A stretch of DNA of 64,000 nucleotides from contig JACRFB010000063.1 in the NCBI GenBank assembly GCA_016218045.1, forward strand, positions 68,226 to 132,225, read 5' to 3'. Both the position numbers and the translations under genes were made by a program. This document shows positions 48,140 through 59,700 of the stretch, in pieces. The notes beneath the pieces are model-generated. The model saw only the letters and a list, made by a program, of their open reading frames with translations, was not told the origin of the DNA and ran no database searches. The stretch is from Ignavibacteriota bacterium (GTDB lineage: Bacteria > Bacteroidota > Ignavibacteria > SZUA-365). Numbering within the stretch: position 1 is the stretch's first letter; the number at the start of each line of letters is the position of its first letter.

Positions 48140-51100
48140 ATGAGAACCATGTTCGACCGCATCATTCTTGCGTGCTGTATAACGCTCGCTCTCGCCGCCG
48201 CCTCGTTTGCGCAGAAGGGTGACGAGAAGAAAAAATCCGATGATCCCTTCTCGCAGGGTACCTTCACGGGATTGAAGTTCCGGGGCATCGGACCCGCTCT
48301 GACCTCGGGGCGTATCGTCGACTTTGCCGTGGATCCGGGCAACCGCGCGCGCTACTTTGTGGCTGTCGCATGCGGCGGCATCTGGCGCACCACAAACGCC
48401 GGCACGAGCTACGAACCGGTGTTTGACGGACAGATGTCGTTCTCGATCGGCTGTCTCGCCATCGATCCGAACAACCCGCACACAGTGTGGGCGGGCACGG
48501 GTGAAAACAACAGCCAGCGAAGTGTCTCCTACGGCGACGGTGTGTATCGCTCCGACGATGGCGGCAATACATGGAAATGTATGGGTCTGAAAAAATCGGA
48601 ACACATCGGAAAGATTGTCATCGATCCGACAAATTCCCTTGTGGTCTACGTCGCGGCGCAAGGTCCGCTGTGGGGGCCGGGCGGAGACCGCGGCCTCTAC
48701 AAAACAACGGACGGCGGCAAGACGTGGAACGCCGTGCTCACCATCAGCGAGAACACGGGCATGACGGATCTTGTCATGGATCCCCGCGATTCGAAGGTGC
48801 TGTATGCCGCCTCCTATCAGCGCCGCAGGCATGTGTGGACGCTTATCAACGGCGGTCCCGAAGCCAACATCTACCGCAGCACCGACGCAGGCGCAAGCTG
48901 GGACACGCTGCGCAGCGGCCTTCCCGACGGCGACAAGGGCAGGATCGGACTCGCGATCTCTCCGGTCAATCCCGATATCGTCTATGCAACCATCGAGGCG
49001 TCTGAAGGCAAGGGCGGTTTCTTCCGCAGCACTAACAGGGGCATGACCTGGGAGAAACGCAACGACTTCGTGTCGGATGCCGCGCAGTATTATCAGGAGC
49101 TCGTGTGTGATCCGAAGGATGCGGACCGCGTGTATTACCTGCACACGATTCTCATGGTCACCGACGACGGCGGCAAGAACTGGCGCGCACTCGGGAACCG
49201 CCACAGGCATGTCGACGATCATGCCATGTGGATCGATCCACGTGATCCCGCGTATTACCTCGTGGGCGGCGACGGCGGCATCTACGAAAGTTTCGATCGC
49301 GGTGCGACGTGGAAGTATGCACCGAATCTTCCCGTGACGCAGTTCTATCGCGTGGCGGTGGACAATGCCGAACCGTTCTATAACATATACGGCGGCACGC
49401 AGGACAACTTCAGTCTCGGCGGCGCGTCACGGACAAACAAATCCGACGGAATCATGAGCGAGGACTGGTTCCTCACCAATGGCGGCGACGGTTTTGAATC
49501 ACAGATCGATCCCACTAATCCCGACATCGTGTACGCGCAGTCGCAGTATGGCGGACTCGTCCGTTTCGACAAGCGCAGCGGCGAGCGTCTCGACATACAG
49601 CCGCAGCCGGCGCCGGGTGAAGAGCCGTATCGGTGGAACTGGGATTCGCCGCTGCTTATCAGTCCGCACAATCCCTCCCGGTTGTACTTCTGCGCGAACC
49701 GTGTGTTCCGCAGCGACGACCGCGGCGCGTCGTGGCGTGCGGTCAGTCCGGATCTCTCGCGGCGTTTAAATCGCGATTCACTCCCCGTGATGGGCCGCGT
49801 CTGGCCGCCGGAAGCCGTCGCCAAAAATGCGTCCACATCCTTCTACGGCAACATCGTTTCCTTTGCGGAATCGCCACTGAAGGAGGGCCTGCTGTTTGTG
49901 GGAACGGACGACGGACTGATCCAGATGAGCCCCGACGGTGGCGCTACCTGGAGGCGTGTCGAGAGCGTGACGGGCGTGCCCGACCTCGCGTACGTCTCGT
50001 GTGTGCTCGTGTCGCAACATACCGCGGGCCGCCTGTACGTATCGTTCGACAATCACAAGATGGCCGACTTCGCGCCCTACGTGTACAGCAGCAGCGACGA
50101 GGGCAGGACATGGAAGTCCATCACCTCGAATCTCCCCGCCAACGGCGCTGTCTACACCCTTGCCGAGGATCACGTCAATCCCAACCTGCTCTTTGCAGGC
50201 ACCGAGTTCGGCATCTTCTTCTCGAACGACGGCGGCGCGAAGTGGATACAGTTGAAGGGTGGAATGCCGCCCATCGCGATACGCGACATCGCGGTGCAGA
50301 AGCGGGAGAACGATCTCGTGCTCGCATCGTTCGGACGCGGCTTCTATGTGCTCGACGACTACTCCGCGCTGCGCACGGCCACGGCGGAACAGCTCGGCTC
50401 AGCCGCGGTGATCTTCCCTGTGCGTGATGCGCTGATGTACATTCCGAGCACGGCACGGTACAAGGGCTATCAGGGCGAAACGTTTTTCACCGCGCCCAAT
50501 CCGGATTTCGGCGCGGTGTTCACGTATTACGTGAAGGACGTCCCGAAGACACGCAAACAACTGCGAAAGGAGGCGGAGAAGGAGGCGGCAAAGAAGAACG
50601 TCGCCCCGCGGTATCCAAGCATCGACGAGTTGCGCGCAGAGGACGAGGAAAAACCCGCGCAGTTCATCTTCACCATCACCGACGCCGCGGGTGCGCCCGT
50701 ACGTCGTCTCTCGACCGCCGCATCAAAAGGCATACAGCGTATCAGTTGGGATTTGCGTTATCCGGATATCAGTCCCGTTCGCGACGTCTCGTCCGCCAAC
50801 AGGGGATCGGGCATGTTTGTCACGCCCGGCGAGTATGCGGTCTCGCTGTCGCTGCTGCACAACGGTCTCGAGACGCCGCTTGCGGGACCCGTCCGATTCA
50901 CCGCCCGCGTACTCAACAACACCACGCTCCCCGCCTCCGACAGGGCCGCGCTTGTGTCGTTCCAGAAGGACGTGGCCACACTGCAGGCCATTGTGCTCGC
51001 CGCCGACCGCTACGCCGGAGAGCTGGCGACACGCCTCGGTTACATCAAGGGTGCGCTTGAAACGGCGACCCGCGCCGACGCCGCGATGCGCGCGCAGCAC

Positions 51101-51424
51101 GGAGCAATGGACAGCACGCTGCGTGTGCTGCGCCGCGCGTTGAACGGTGATCCGGCGAAGTCGCGCCGCAACGTGATAGAAGCACCATCCATCGTCGGCC
51201 GCCTGCAGAACATGGTGTACAGCCAGTGGTCGTCCACCTCTGCGCCAACGGGATTGAACCAGCAGGAATACCGTCACGTGAGCGCCGAGCTGCGCACCGT
51301 CATGGAGACGCTACGGCGGCTGGCCGACCGCGATCTGCCCACGCTCGAGAGGCAGCTCGATACCATCGACGCGCCGTGGACACCCGGCCGCATGCCCGAC
51401 GTCGAAGCGATTCCAAAACGCTGA
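48140..51424 (+). CDS. Secreted VPS10/BNR (Asp-box) repeat protein
   Basis: Signal peptide, FRGIGPA..SGRI, many S.D.G.TW Asp-boxes, QFY.V, GGTQDN and a C-terminal helical region. Confidence 0.85.
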   Translation: MRTMFDRIILACCITLALAAASFAQKGDEKKKSDDPFSQGTFTGLKFRGIGPALTSGRIVDFAVDPGNRARYFVAVACGGIWRTTNAGTSYEPVFDGQMSFSIGCLAIDPNNPHTVWAGTGENNSQRSVSYGDGVYRSDDGGNTWKCMGLKKSEHIGKIVIDPTNSLVVYVAAQGPLWGPGGDRGLYKTTDGGKTWNAVLTISENTGMTDLVMDPRDSKVLYAASYQRRRHVWTLINGGPEANIYRSTDAGASWDTLRSGLPDGDKGRIGLAISPVNPDIVYATIEASEGKGGFFRSTNRGMTWEKRNDFVSDAAQYYQELVCDPKDADRVYYLHTILMVTDDGGKNWRALGNRHRHVDDHAMWIDPRDPAYYLVGGDGGIYESFDRGATWKYAPNLPVTQFYRVAVDNAEPFYNIYGGTQDNFSLGGASRTNKSDGIMSEDWFLTNGGDGFESQIDPTNPDIVYAQSQYGGLVRFDKRSGERLDIQPQPAPGEEPYRWNWDSPLLISPHNPSRLYFCANRVFRSDDRGASWRAVSPDLSRRLNRDSLPVMGRVWPPEAVAKNASTSFYGNIVSFAESPLKEGLLFVGTDDGLIQMSPDGGATWRRVESVTGVPDLAYVSCVLVSQHTAGRLYVSFDNHKMADFAPYVYSSSDEGRTWKSITSNLPANGAVYTLAEDHVNPNLLFAGTEFGIFFSNDGGAKWIQLKGGMPPIAIRDIAVQKRENDLVLASFGRGFYVLDDYSALRTATAEQLGSAAVIFPVRDALMYIPSTARYKGYQGETFFTAPNPDFGAVFTYYVKDVPKTRKQLRKEAEKEAAKKNVAPRYPSIDELRAEDEEKPAQFIFTITDAAGAPVRRLSTAASKGIQRISWDLRYPDISPVRDVSSANRGSGMFVTPGEYAVSLSLLHNGLETPLAGPVRFTARVLNNTTLPASDRAALVSFQKDVATLQAIVLAADRYAGELATRLGYIKGALETATRADAAMRAQHGAMDSTLRVLRRALNGDPAKSRRNVIEAPSIVGRLQNMVYSQWSSTSAPTGLNQQEYRHVSAELRTVMETLRRLADRDLPTLERQLDTIDAPWTPGRMPDVEAIPKR

Positions 51425-51522
51425 TACGCGCCGTACTCATTCATCGATTTCGTACATTTCATAACGCAATTCGAGATGGCCGCACGCGCGGCCCCTATCA
51501 CACCAGAAGCAGGAGCGACAGC

Positions 51523-52548
51523 ATGCCCGAAGCACAATGGAAGGATTTCGAGACACTCGAGAGTTACATCGCCAAGGAGCAGTCGCTACACCCGCAGAGC
51601 CGCGGCGTGTTCTCGAATCTGCTACGGCGCATCGGCCTCGCGTCGAAGGTGATCGTGTCGAAGGCGCAGCGTGCAGGACTGATGGGTGTGCTGGGCGCGC
51701 ATGGCAGCGTGAACGTGCAGGGCGAACAGCAGCAGAAGCTCGATGTCATCGCCAACGAAGTGCTGAAGGATACGTTCCGATGGATGGACTCCGTCTCGGG
51801 CATGGCTTCGGAGGAGGAGGACGATGTAATGCATCTGCCTCCGCGGCCGCATCACGAGAGCCGGTACATCGTGATGTTCGATCCCCTCGACGGATCCTCG
51901 AACATCGACGCCAATGTGTCGGTCGGTACCATCTTCTCGATACACCGCCGCATGAGCATCGACGGTGAACCCATGCTCGAAGACTATCTGCAGCCCGGCC
52001 ACAGCCAGGTTGCCGCCGGCTACATCATCTATGGTCCAAGCACCATGTTCGTGTACACCACGGGCCACGGCGTGCACGGCTTCACACTGGACCAGGTGAT
52101 CGGCGAGTATGTGCTGTCGCACGAGGACATTCGTATACCGGACGTCTGCAAATGTTTCTCGGCGAACGACAGCAACTATCACAATTGGGACGAACCCACA
52201 AAAAAATTCGCCGACCATGTGCGCTACAGCCGCGAAGGCCGTTACGCCAAGACGACGTCGCGTTACATCGGCTCGATGGTCGCCGATCTGCATCGCAATC
52301 TCCTGTACGGCGGCATTTTTATGTATCCAGCCGACGCCGATACACGCAAGGGCAAGCTTCGCCTGCTGTATGAGGCCGCACCCATGGCCATGATTTACGA
52401 ACAGGCCGGCGGCGCAGCCACAACGGGCGAGAAGCGCATACTGCAGATCGAACCCGAGGAGTTGCATCAGCGCGTCCCGCTGATCATCGGCAACACCACG
52501 GAAGTGGAATTGTACGAAAAAATGCTGCGCGGCGAGGCGGCGCGGTAA
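51523..52548 (+). CDS. fbp: Class 1 fructose-1,6-bisphosphatase
   Basis: GEQQQKLD, SEE, FDPLDGSSN, RYIGSMVAD and KLRLLYEA motifs. AGGAG precedes ATG 51523. Confidence 0.95.
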   Translation: MPEAQWKDFETLESYIAKEQSLHPQSRGVFSNLLRRIGLASKVIVSKAQRAGLMGVLGAHGSVNVQGEQQQKLDVIANEVLKDTFRWMDSVSGMASEEEDDVMHLPPRPHHESRYIVMFDPLDGSSNIDANVSVGTIFSIHRRMSIDGEPMLEDYLQPGHSQVAAGYIIYGPSTMFVYTTGHGVHGFTLDQVIGEYVLSHEDIRIPDVCKCFSANDSNYHNWDEPTKKFADHVRYSREGRYAKTTSRYIGSMVADLHRNLLYGGIFMYPADADTRKGKLRLLYEAAPMAMIYEQAGGAATTGEKRILQIEPEELHQRVPLIIGNTTEVELYEKMLRGEAAR

Positions 52549-52574
52549 AACATCCGTTCGTATCCCTGTATTTG

Positions 52575-52613
52575 AAGCGGGTTTGGCAATGCCGGACCCG
52601 CTTTTCCTTTTTT
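52575..52613 (+). terminator. Rho-independent terminator after fbp
   Basis: AAGCGGGTTTGGC-AAT-GCCGGACCCGCTT followed by a T-rich tract. Confidence 0.75.
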
Positions 52614-52686
52614 CGCAACTTTCGACGGTGTTCATCCGTATCTTGTCGATTCCTCACCCCGCCTGAACAACTTCAAGGATGAATCC

Positions 52687-54573
52687 ATGAGAACGAGAGC
52701 CACCGTTGTTGTGCTGCTGCTGATCCTCGTCGCCGGCTGCGCGAAAAAAGAGGAGAAGGCCGCGATTATCCCGATGAGGGACTTCTTCAAGAATCCTGAA
52801 AAATCGTATTACCAGGTCTCGCCCGGCGGCGGCTGGCTCGCCTTCACCGCGCCGTACGAAGCGCGCATGAACCTGTTTGTGCAGGCGGTGGGATCGAAGG
52901 ACGCGAAGCGCGTCACGTCCGTCACCGATCGCGACATCTCGAGCTACTTCTGGAAGGGCGACGACCGCCTCTGCTACGTGAAGGATTTTGGTGGCGATGA
53001 AAACTTCCACCTCTTTGCAGTGGACCGCGAGGGTACCGAGACCAAGGACCTCACACCGTTCCCCGGTGTGCGTGTCGAAGTGATCGACGCGCTCGAGGAC
53101 CACGCCACCGACATGCTCATCTCGATGAACAAGCGGAATCCCCAGATATTCGACGCGTATCGTGTCAACACCGCGACGGGTGAGATCACTCTGGTGCAGG
53201 AGAACCCGGGCTCGGTCACGCAGTGGGTGACCGATCACACAGGCGCGCTGCGTGTGGCCATTGCCACCGACGGCGTCAACAGCAGTCTATTGTACCGCGA
53301 TGGCGCGACGGGTCCGTTCAAGACCGTGCTCACGACCAATTTCAAGGAATCCTTCACGCCGATGTTCTTCACCTTCGACAACAAGAACATCTACGCCGCC
53401 TCGAATCTGAACAGAGACAAAGTGGCGATCGTCGAGTACGATCTCGCGGCGAACAAGGAGATCCGCGTGCTGTACGAGAATCCCGAGTACGACGCCGAGG
53501 GCCTGGGGTTCTCGCGTCTGCGCAAGGTGCTAACCGAGATCACCTACACCACTTGGAAATCGGAGCGGAAGATCCTTGACGCGCACACGCAGGACGTGTA
53601 CGATGCCATCGCGAAGGAAGCGCCCGATATGCTCGTGTATCTGATTTCGAACGACAAGGCCGAGACGAAGTACACCGTGCGCACCGTCAGCGACCGTTCG
53701 CTCGGCGCCTTCTATCTGTACGATGCCACGGCGAAGACACTCACGAAGCTCTCTGATCGTGCGCCCTGGCTCGACGCCTCGCAGATGGCCGAAATGAAGC
53801 CCATCAAATACACCTCGCGCGACGGTCTCACCATACACGGGTACCTCACGCTGCCGAAGGGATCCGACGGAAAGAATCTCCCGGTCGTGGTGAATCCGCA
53901 CGGCGGTCCGTGGGCGCGCGACGTGTGGGGCTTCCGTCCCGAGGTGCAGTTCCTCGCGAACCGCGGCTATGCAGTGCTGCAGATGAACTTCCGCGGATCC
54001 ACCGGCTACGGCAAGGACTTCTGGATGAAGTCGTTCAAGCAGTGGGGCCGCACGATGCAGGACGACATCAGCGATGGCGTGAAATGGCTGACCGACGAAG
54101 GCATCGCCGATCCGAAACGCATCGCCATCTACGGCGGCAGCTACGGCGGCTACGCCACACTCGCGGGCATCACCATTACGCCCGATCTCTACGCCGCGGC
54201 CATCGATTACGTGGGCGTGTCGAACATGTTCACGTTCATGAACACTATTCCGCCATACTGGGAGCCGTACCGCAAGATGTTCTACGAGATGGTGGGCGAT
54301 CCGAAGGCCGACAGTCTCATGCTCGCGGAAGTGTCGCCGGTATTCCTCGTCGACAAGATCAAGACGCCGCTGCTCGTCGCACAGGGCGCCAAGGATCCCC
54401 GCGTCAACGTGGAGGAATCGAATCAGATCGTGAACGCGCTGAAGAAAAAGGGCGTGGACGTGCAGTATATCGTGAAGGACAACGAAGGGCACGGGTTCCG
54501 CAACGAGGAGAATCGTTTTGAGTTCTACGATGCCATGGAGAAATTCCTCGATAAACATCTGATGGTGAAGTAG
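52687..54573 (+). CDS. S9-family (prolyl oligopeptidase-like) peptidase, lipoprotein
   Basis: Lipobox VAG-C, HGGPW, NFRGSTG, catalytic GGSYGG, D.RV and EGHG. Confidence 0.93.
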   Translation: MRTRATVVVLLLILVAGCAKKEEKAAIIPMRDFFKNPEKSYYQVSPGGGWLAFTAPYEARMNLFVQAVGSKDAKRVTSVTDRDISSYFWKGDDRLCYVKDFGGDENFHLFAVDREGTETKDLTPFPGVRVEVIDALEDHATDMLISMNKRNPQIFDAYRVNTATGEITLVQENPGSVTQWVTDHTGALRVAIATDGVNSSLLYRDGATGPFKTVLTTNFKESFTPMFFTFDNKNIYAASNLNRDKVAIVEYDLAANKEIRVLYENPEYDAEGLGFSRLRKVLTEITYTTWKSERKILDAHTQDVYDAIAKEAPDMLVYLISNDKAETKYTVRTVSDRSLGAFYLYDATAKTLTKLSDRAPWLDASQMAEMKPIKYTSRDGLTIHGYLTLPKGSDGKNLPVVVNPHGGPWARDVWGFRPEVQFLANRGYAVLQMNFRGSTGYGKDFWMKSFKQWGRTMQDDISDGVKWLTDEGIADPKRIAIYGGSYGGYATLAGITITPDLYAAAIDYVGVSNMFTFMNTIPPYWEPYRKMFYEMVGDPKADSLMLAEVSPVFLVDKIKTPLLVAQGAKDPRVNVEESNQIVNALKKKGVDVQYIVKDNEGHGFRNEENRFEFYDAMEKFLDKHLMVK

Positions 54574-54604
54574 CTAGTAGATGGTAGATAGTAGGTTCTG
54601 TGAG

Positions 54605-54638
54605 GCCATGCCGTCCGAGAGGGCGGCATGGTTTTTTT
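54605..54638 (+). terminator. Rho-independent terminator after the S9 peptidase gene
   Basis: CCATGCCGTCC-GAGA-GGGCGGCATGG followed by T7. Confidence 0.9.
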
Positions 54639-54673
54639 ACGGGGGATTGTGTGTGCATGGATGAGGGTGTGCA

Positions 54674-54703
54674 TTGCCCGGACGGGAGATGGGAACGTAT
54701 ATT
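54674..54703 (+). promoter_or_regulatory. Putative sigma70-type promoter
   Basis: TTGCCC-N18-TATATT with CG before the -10 hexamer. Confidence 0.5.
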
Positions 54704-54744
54704 CGGATAATGAAATCGTGAATAGTTCTTTCGCGGGGGTGTCC

Positions 54745-56460
54745 ATGCGTGGTCGTGCTGTGTGGTGCGGAGTGTGTGTGGGTGTCATGCTGCTGTGTGC
54801 AGGCGCGGTGCGGGCGCAGGACAGTTTCTTCGACCAGGCGTTGCGCGGGCCGCGCGGGGTGTGGTCCACAGGCATGGGACTGTCGGGCGTCGCGCGCGCG
54901 ACACCCGTGGTGGGCTTCTCGTACAATCCCGCGGCGTTTGCGCACGCGACACGGACCACTGCGACGCTGTTCCGCGCGCCGACATACTCGTGCTGCGATC
55001 CGATCGTGCTCCGCACAGCTTCGGTGGTGACTCCCATGCCGCTGCTTGGGGGTGTTATAGGATTGGAGGTACTTGACGACAACTTTGGAGAAGTGTATTT
55101 CGGCAGCGATGGGAACCTCGGCCTGTATGCCGACTCACGGATTATCGGCGTCGCCCTCGGATTCGGCACATCTCTCGGCGAAGACGTGGCGATAGGCGCG
55201 GCCTTCCGCGTGTTGGAAAACACCATAGAAGCTGATCGACAGGAAAGTGGCCTGCACAGCACTGCTCATCACATCGGAATGAGCATTGGGGTGCAGTACA
55301 ATCCCGACATCCTCGACAGACGGCTGCGGGCCGGTCTGGCGATCCTGGAAATGGGTCCGGAAATCGTGTACATCGACGAGGCGCAAGCGGACCCCGCGCC
55401 GACCTCGCTGCGTTTGGGTCTGGACGCGGAGCTTGTCGACGATGGCACCGTGTCGCTTCCGCTTACAGTGGAAGTGTCGAAGGGACTCATCAAGCGGGGG
55501 CACGAATATCGTGCACGTCCCTCCTGGGAGGCGCTGTTCAGCGACTGGAATGCGGTGCCGCGCGACATGGTGTTGCATCTCGGAATCGGATTCCTGTGGC
55601 GGCCACTCGCGCTCGGAAACGGGTGGACGTTCGCAACAGGCGTGGCCGTCGGCAATGCGAGTGTGGGACCGGAATATCCCACCCTCAATTTTCGCAACCA
55701 GTTCACAGCGTCGTACACCACTTCAGTAGAAAAAGACGGATACAGCGTGGAAGTGGGTGTGGCGACAAGCTGGCATCGATTGCCGATATACAATTACTCG
55801 GGGATAGAACCGCCCACGCTGCCGAACGACATGTTCGAGGCGACGGTGTCGGTGCCGTGGGCGCCGGGTGCCGCCACGATCGCCGCTGCTCCCGCCGTGG
55901 CGCTCGAGCACATCACACTATCCCTCGGCGCCGGTTTCCGCTCCTATAGCGGATGGGCCGCGCCCGCTGAGGGCATCGTGTATCGCGACGCGCTCGACCT
56001 GGAAGGCGACGCCTCCTTTGCGCTGTCGCCACACAGCGCCGTGGCCTTGACGCTGCAGCACACACGCGGCGACGTCGACGTAATGTTTCCGATGAACGAG
56101 ACAGATCCGCCCGTCGTGTACGACACGTACCGGCATCGCGGCTGGACCGTGCTTTCGTCGTATCGGCTGCATCCGCTCGAGCAGTTCCGCGCGCTCTTCA
56201 TCGGCGCGGGGGCCGGCATCGTCTACGACCAGCATGGCACCTCGAACCGGCTGCGCATGCTCGCTATGCGGAAGGCGCTGCATCCCGCCTTCGCCGTGGA
56301 GGCCGGTGTCGACTGGCCCGCGGCGGGACACCTTGTGCTCACTCCCCACGTGCGCTGGACACTCGTGCCCGGAAAAATCGAACACGGCGAACCACTGCGC
56401 CTCGGCGCGTATCACGCACTTTCTTTCGGTGTGCGTGTGGGATGGCGGGAGGGAGAGTAG
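54745..56460 (+). CDS. PorV/PorQ-like outer-membrane beta-barrel with a probable second C-terminal barrel domain
   Basis: Signal peptide, R....GM, YNPAAFA and Y.D..QADPAPTSLRLG (PorV-like). Amphipathic strands end in FGVRVGW. Confidence 0.6.
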   Translation: MRGRAVWCGVCVGVMLLCAGAVRAQDSFFDQALRGPRGVWSTGMGLSGVARATPVVGFSYNPAAFAHATRTTATLFRAPTYSCCDPIVLRTASVVTPMPLLGGVIGLEVLDDNFGEVYFGSDGNLGLYADSRIIGVALGFGTSLGEDVAIGAAFRVLENTIEADRQESGLHSTAHHIGMSIGVQYNPDILDRRLRAGLAILEMGPEIVYIDEAQADPAPTSLRLGLDAELVDDGTVSLPLTVEVSKGLIKRGHEYRARPSWEALFSDWNAVPRDMVLHLGIGFLWRPLALGNGWTFATGVAVGNASVGPEYPTLNFRNQFTASYTTSVEKDGYSVEVGVATSWHRLPIYNYSGIEPPTLPNDMFEATVSVPWAPGAATIAAAPAVALEHITLSLGAGFRSYSGWAAPAEGIVYRDALDLEGDASFALSPHSAVALTLQHTRGDVDVMFPMNETDPPVVYDTYRHRGWTVLSSYRLHPLEQFRALFIGAGAGIVYDQHGTSNRLRMLAMRKALHPAFAVEAGVDWPAAGHLVLTPHVRWTLVPGKIEHGEPLRLGAYHALSFGVRVGWREGE

Positions 56461-56556
56461 GGAGTAGGGAGTGGGGAGTGGGGTAGAGGGGAAGAGTGGG
56501 AGACGGGTAGAGGGGGACAGCGGGAGAGTGGGAGAGCGGGACAGCGGGAGCAGGGA
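56447..56556 (+). repeat. Purine-rich degenerate 7/8-mer tandem repeat (GGGAGTR, then GGGAGAGT/GGGACAGC)
   Basis: Many GGG runs at 7-8 nt periodicity, spanning and following the stop codon at 56460. Confidence 0.8.
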
Positions 56557-56701
56557 TTGGCGGCGTGGTGATTTGCCAGTCAATATTGGCATAAGGAGCA
56601 ATGACCACGAGTGTCAAGGTCTTGTGGATTTATTCCCGATCTGTTCCGACTGAAATCCGTATATTTCTCCACCGAAACATTTCGCTCCTCCAGGATTTCG
56701 T

Positions 56702-59700
56702 ATGGCATTGACGGGATCTGTTGGTACCATCTCACACGCACGCAGGCTGTACTGCACAGGTAAAAACAGCACTCACGCAGCGCTGATTGCCATTGTAACC
56801 TGGATGATGTTCCCCGGCGCTGCCGCCGGACAGGATGTGCTGCTTCGCCGCACGAGTCCGGACCCGTACTTCGAGGAGAACCGCGGTCAGATCATGGACG
56901 AACACGGAAAGACGCGCCGCGATGTGCTCTTCGCCCAGCGTGACGGCGGTGCTTCTTTGTACCTGACGCGCGGCGGCTTCGAGTATGTGTTCGCGCGCGT
57001 GGAAAATCCTGATGCACCTGTCAGCGAAGCCACGGGCAGAGCCATGAGTGACCGTGATTCTCACCCGGTGATAACCGCGTACCAACGCGTGGACATGCGC
57101 TTCCGCGATCCATCGCCCTCCGTTCGTGTGCGAGGGATTGAAGAAAAGGACTACCTGCTCCACTATTACACCGTGGGTGCCGGACCGGACGCGGAGACCG
57201 TGCGCACCTTCGCGGGTGTCGTGTACGAGAACGTGTACCGCGGCATCGATCTCGTCCTGCGCGCGGAGCCGCGCGGGATAAAATACCACTGGGTTGTGCA
57301 TCCAGGCGCGTCAGTCGGCGACATCCGTGTATTCTGGTCTGGAGCGGACCGGCTGCAGCAGGAGCCGGATGGGGGACTGCGTGTGATCAGCACACTCGGC
57401 GAACTGTCGGAGGCACCGCCCGTTGCCTGGCAGGACACACCGACGGGACGACGGCCCGTGCAGGTTTCATCTCGTGTGGTTGGAATGGACATACATCTCG
57501 ACTGCGGGGACTACGATGCTGAACGCAAACTCACCGTTGATCCGCGTGTTATCTGGGCGACCTATTACGGTGGTGATCTGATTGATCGAGCGTGCGCGGT
57601 TGATACCGATGCCGATGACAACGTGGTTGTAGTTGGCGAAACAACAAGTCTCGCGGCCATCAGTACACCGGGCACATTTCAGGCAGTTCACGCCGGTGCC
57701 TGGGACGGTTTTATGGCAAAGTTCGACAGTGCCGGGAATCGACTTTGGAGTACCTACGTCGGTGGCGCAGCATCCGATAATCTTGTCAGTGTGTCCTGCG
57801 ATGGAAGTGGCATCATGGCCGCTGGCTCCACAACGAGTGCGGGCATGGCGACGAGTGGTGTACATCAGACAACACTGGGGGGGATCGCCGACATACTGCT
57901 CCTTCGGTTTAGTGCTGCCGGTGTGCGCCTGTGGGCGACCTATTACGGAGGCCCCGGGGCCGAGAGCCCGAGAGCCGTATCGCCGGGAGGCGGCGGGCGG
58001 GTGCTTGTCTCCGCCAGAACAAACAGCGGCTCGGGCATAGAAATCGGTGGGAGCTGGGGTGGCTATTCGGGAGGCACCGACGGCGCTGTGGCGGTTTTCA
58101 ACGCCAGCGGTGCTTTGCTTTGGGGGCGCTACATCGGCGGTCCCGATGAGGATCAATGCCACGGCATCACAACAGACGGTGCGCGCATTTTTGTCGCCGG
58201 TTCCACCCGGAGCACCACGGGGCTCGCAACACCGGGCGCCTTTCTCACAACGCAGCAAGGCGACTGGGACATGTTCCTGGCGTGTGTCGCGTACAACGGG
58301 ACAATCGACTGGGCAACATATTACGGCGGATCCGGGCTCGAATCCGATATAGCCAGTGGCATCCGGTACACAGGCGGCAACCGGATCATCATCGGAGGAA
58401 AAACAACGAGCACCTCCGGTATGACCACAACCGGCGTATTTCAGGAGACGCATCAAGGCGGGAGCGCCGATGGATTTCTCGCCGCCTTCGACAGCGCAGG
58501 GCATCGACACTGGGGTACCTACATCGGGAGCGCAGGGTGGGAAAGCATCACCGGACTCGATGTCGACGCAGAAGGCGCCATCATGATCTTCGGTCAGGCC
58601 ACGGCCACTTCGAGTCTGGCGAACTTCAACAATGTGCATCAGTCCACCCTCGCCACAGATGGACTATTTGTCGGGCGTGTGGAGGGAGAGGGGACGGATC
58701 TGCGCTGGTGTACCTTTTACGGCGGCTCACAGACATGGCCGGAAATGTGGGGTGCCTCGAACGGGTGTGTCGATCTCCGGGGTAATGTGTACGTCTGCGG
58801 GACCACAAACAGCCAGACGCTCATCGCCTACGGCAACCCGCATCAAGGCGCATTTGGCGGCGGATCCAGCGACGGCTGTCTTGCGAAATTTCTTGGAGGG
58901 AAGAATCGCATTGTGACCAGAGACGGTGCGCCTACGTATTGTGAGGGGGATACTCTCATCGTGCACTACGACCTCGCCGGCGTGTATGGTGATCACAATA
59001 TGTTCCATGCGCAGTTGTCGGATTCGACCGGGAACTTCGGTGCGCCAGTCATCATCGGTTCGGTGAAATCATGGATGCAGGATTCCATCATTGCGGTGAT
59101 TCCCGTCGGCACTCCGGGTGGTAGTGCGTACCGCATCCGTGTCGTGTCGACGAATCCCAGACTCGCAGGAACCGAGACGAGGGCCTTCCGTATTGTTCCG
59201 CTCCCTGTTGCCATTGTTGCACCTGCGGGCACCGTGTCGATCTGCGAAGGGCAGAGCTTGATATTACGTGCTGACAGTGCGATGAATTGCACGTACGTGT
59301 GGGAAGAGCAGACACGCGGTATGGAGGGCGTGGGTCCATCGCTACTCGTCACACGCACGGGAAAGTATCGCGTGGTGGTGACGAACACAGGCGGCTGCCG
59401 TGCCTGGTCGCCGTGGACGGAGGTAGTCGCTTCACCGCGTCCGCTCGCGACTATCACACCGTGGGATGTGCAAGGAGTCTGTGAAGGGGACAGCGTCGTT
59501 CTGTCAGGACCCGACAGCACAGGGTACACATTTGAGTGGTCCACCGGCGAAACAACACGTGTGCTCCGGGTGAGCAAGCCGGGACTCTATCGCCTTGTGG
59601 TGCGGAATGCCGCGGGGTGTTCGGACACGTCGGCACCCGTGCGCGTTGTCGTGTATCCGTTGCCGGTGTTGTCGGTGGCGGGGCGCGGGCGTGCCTGTCA

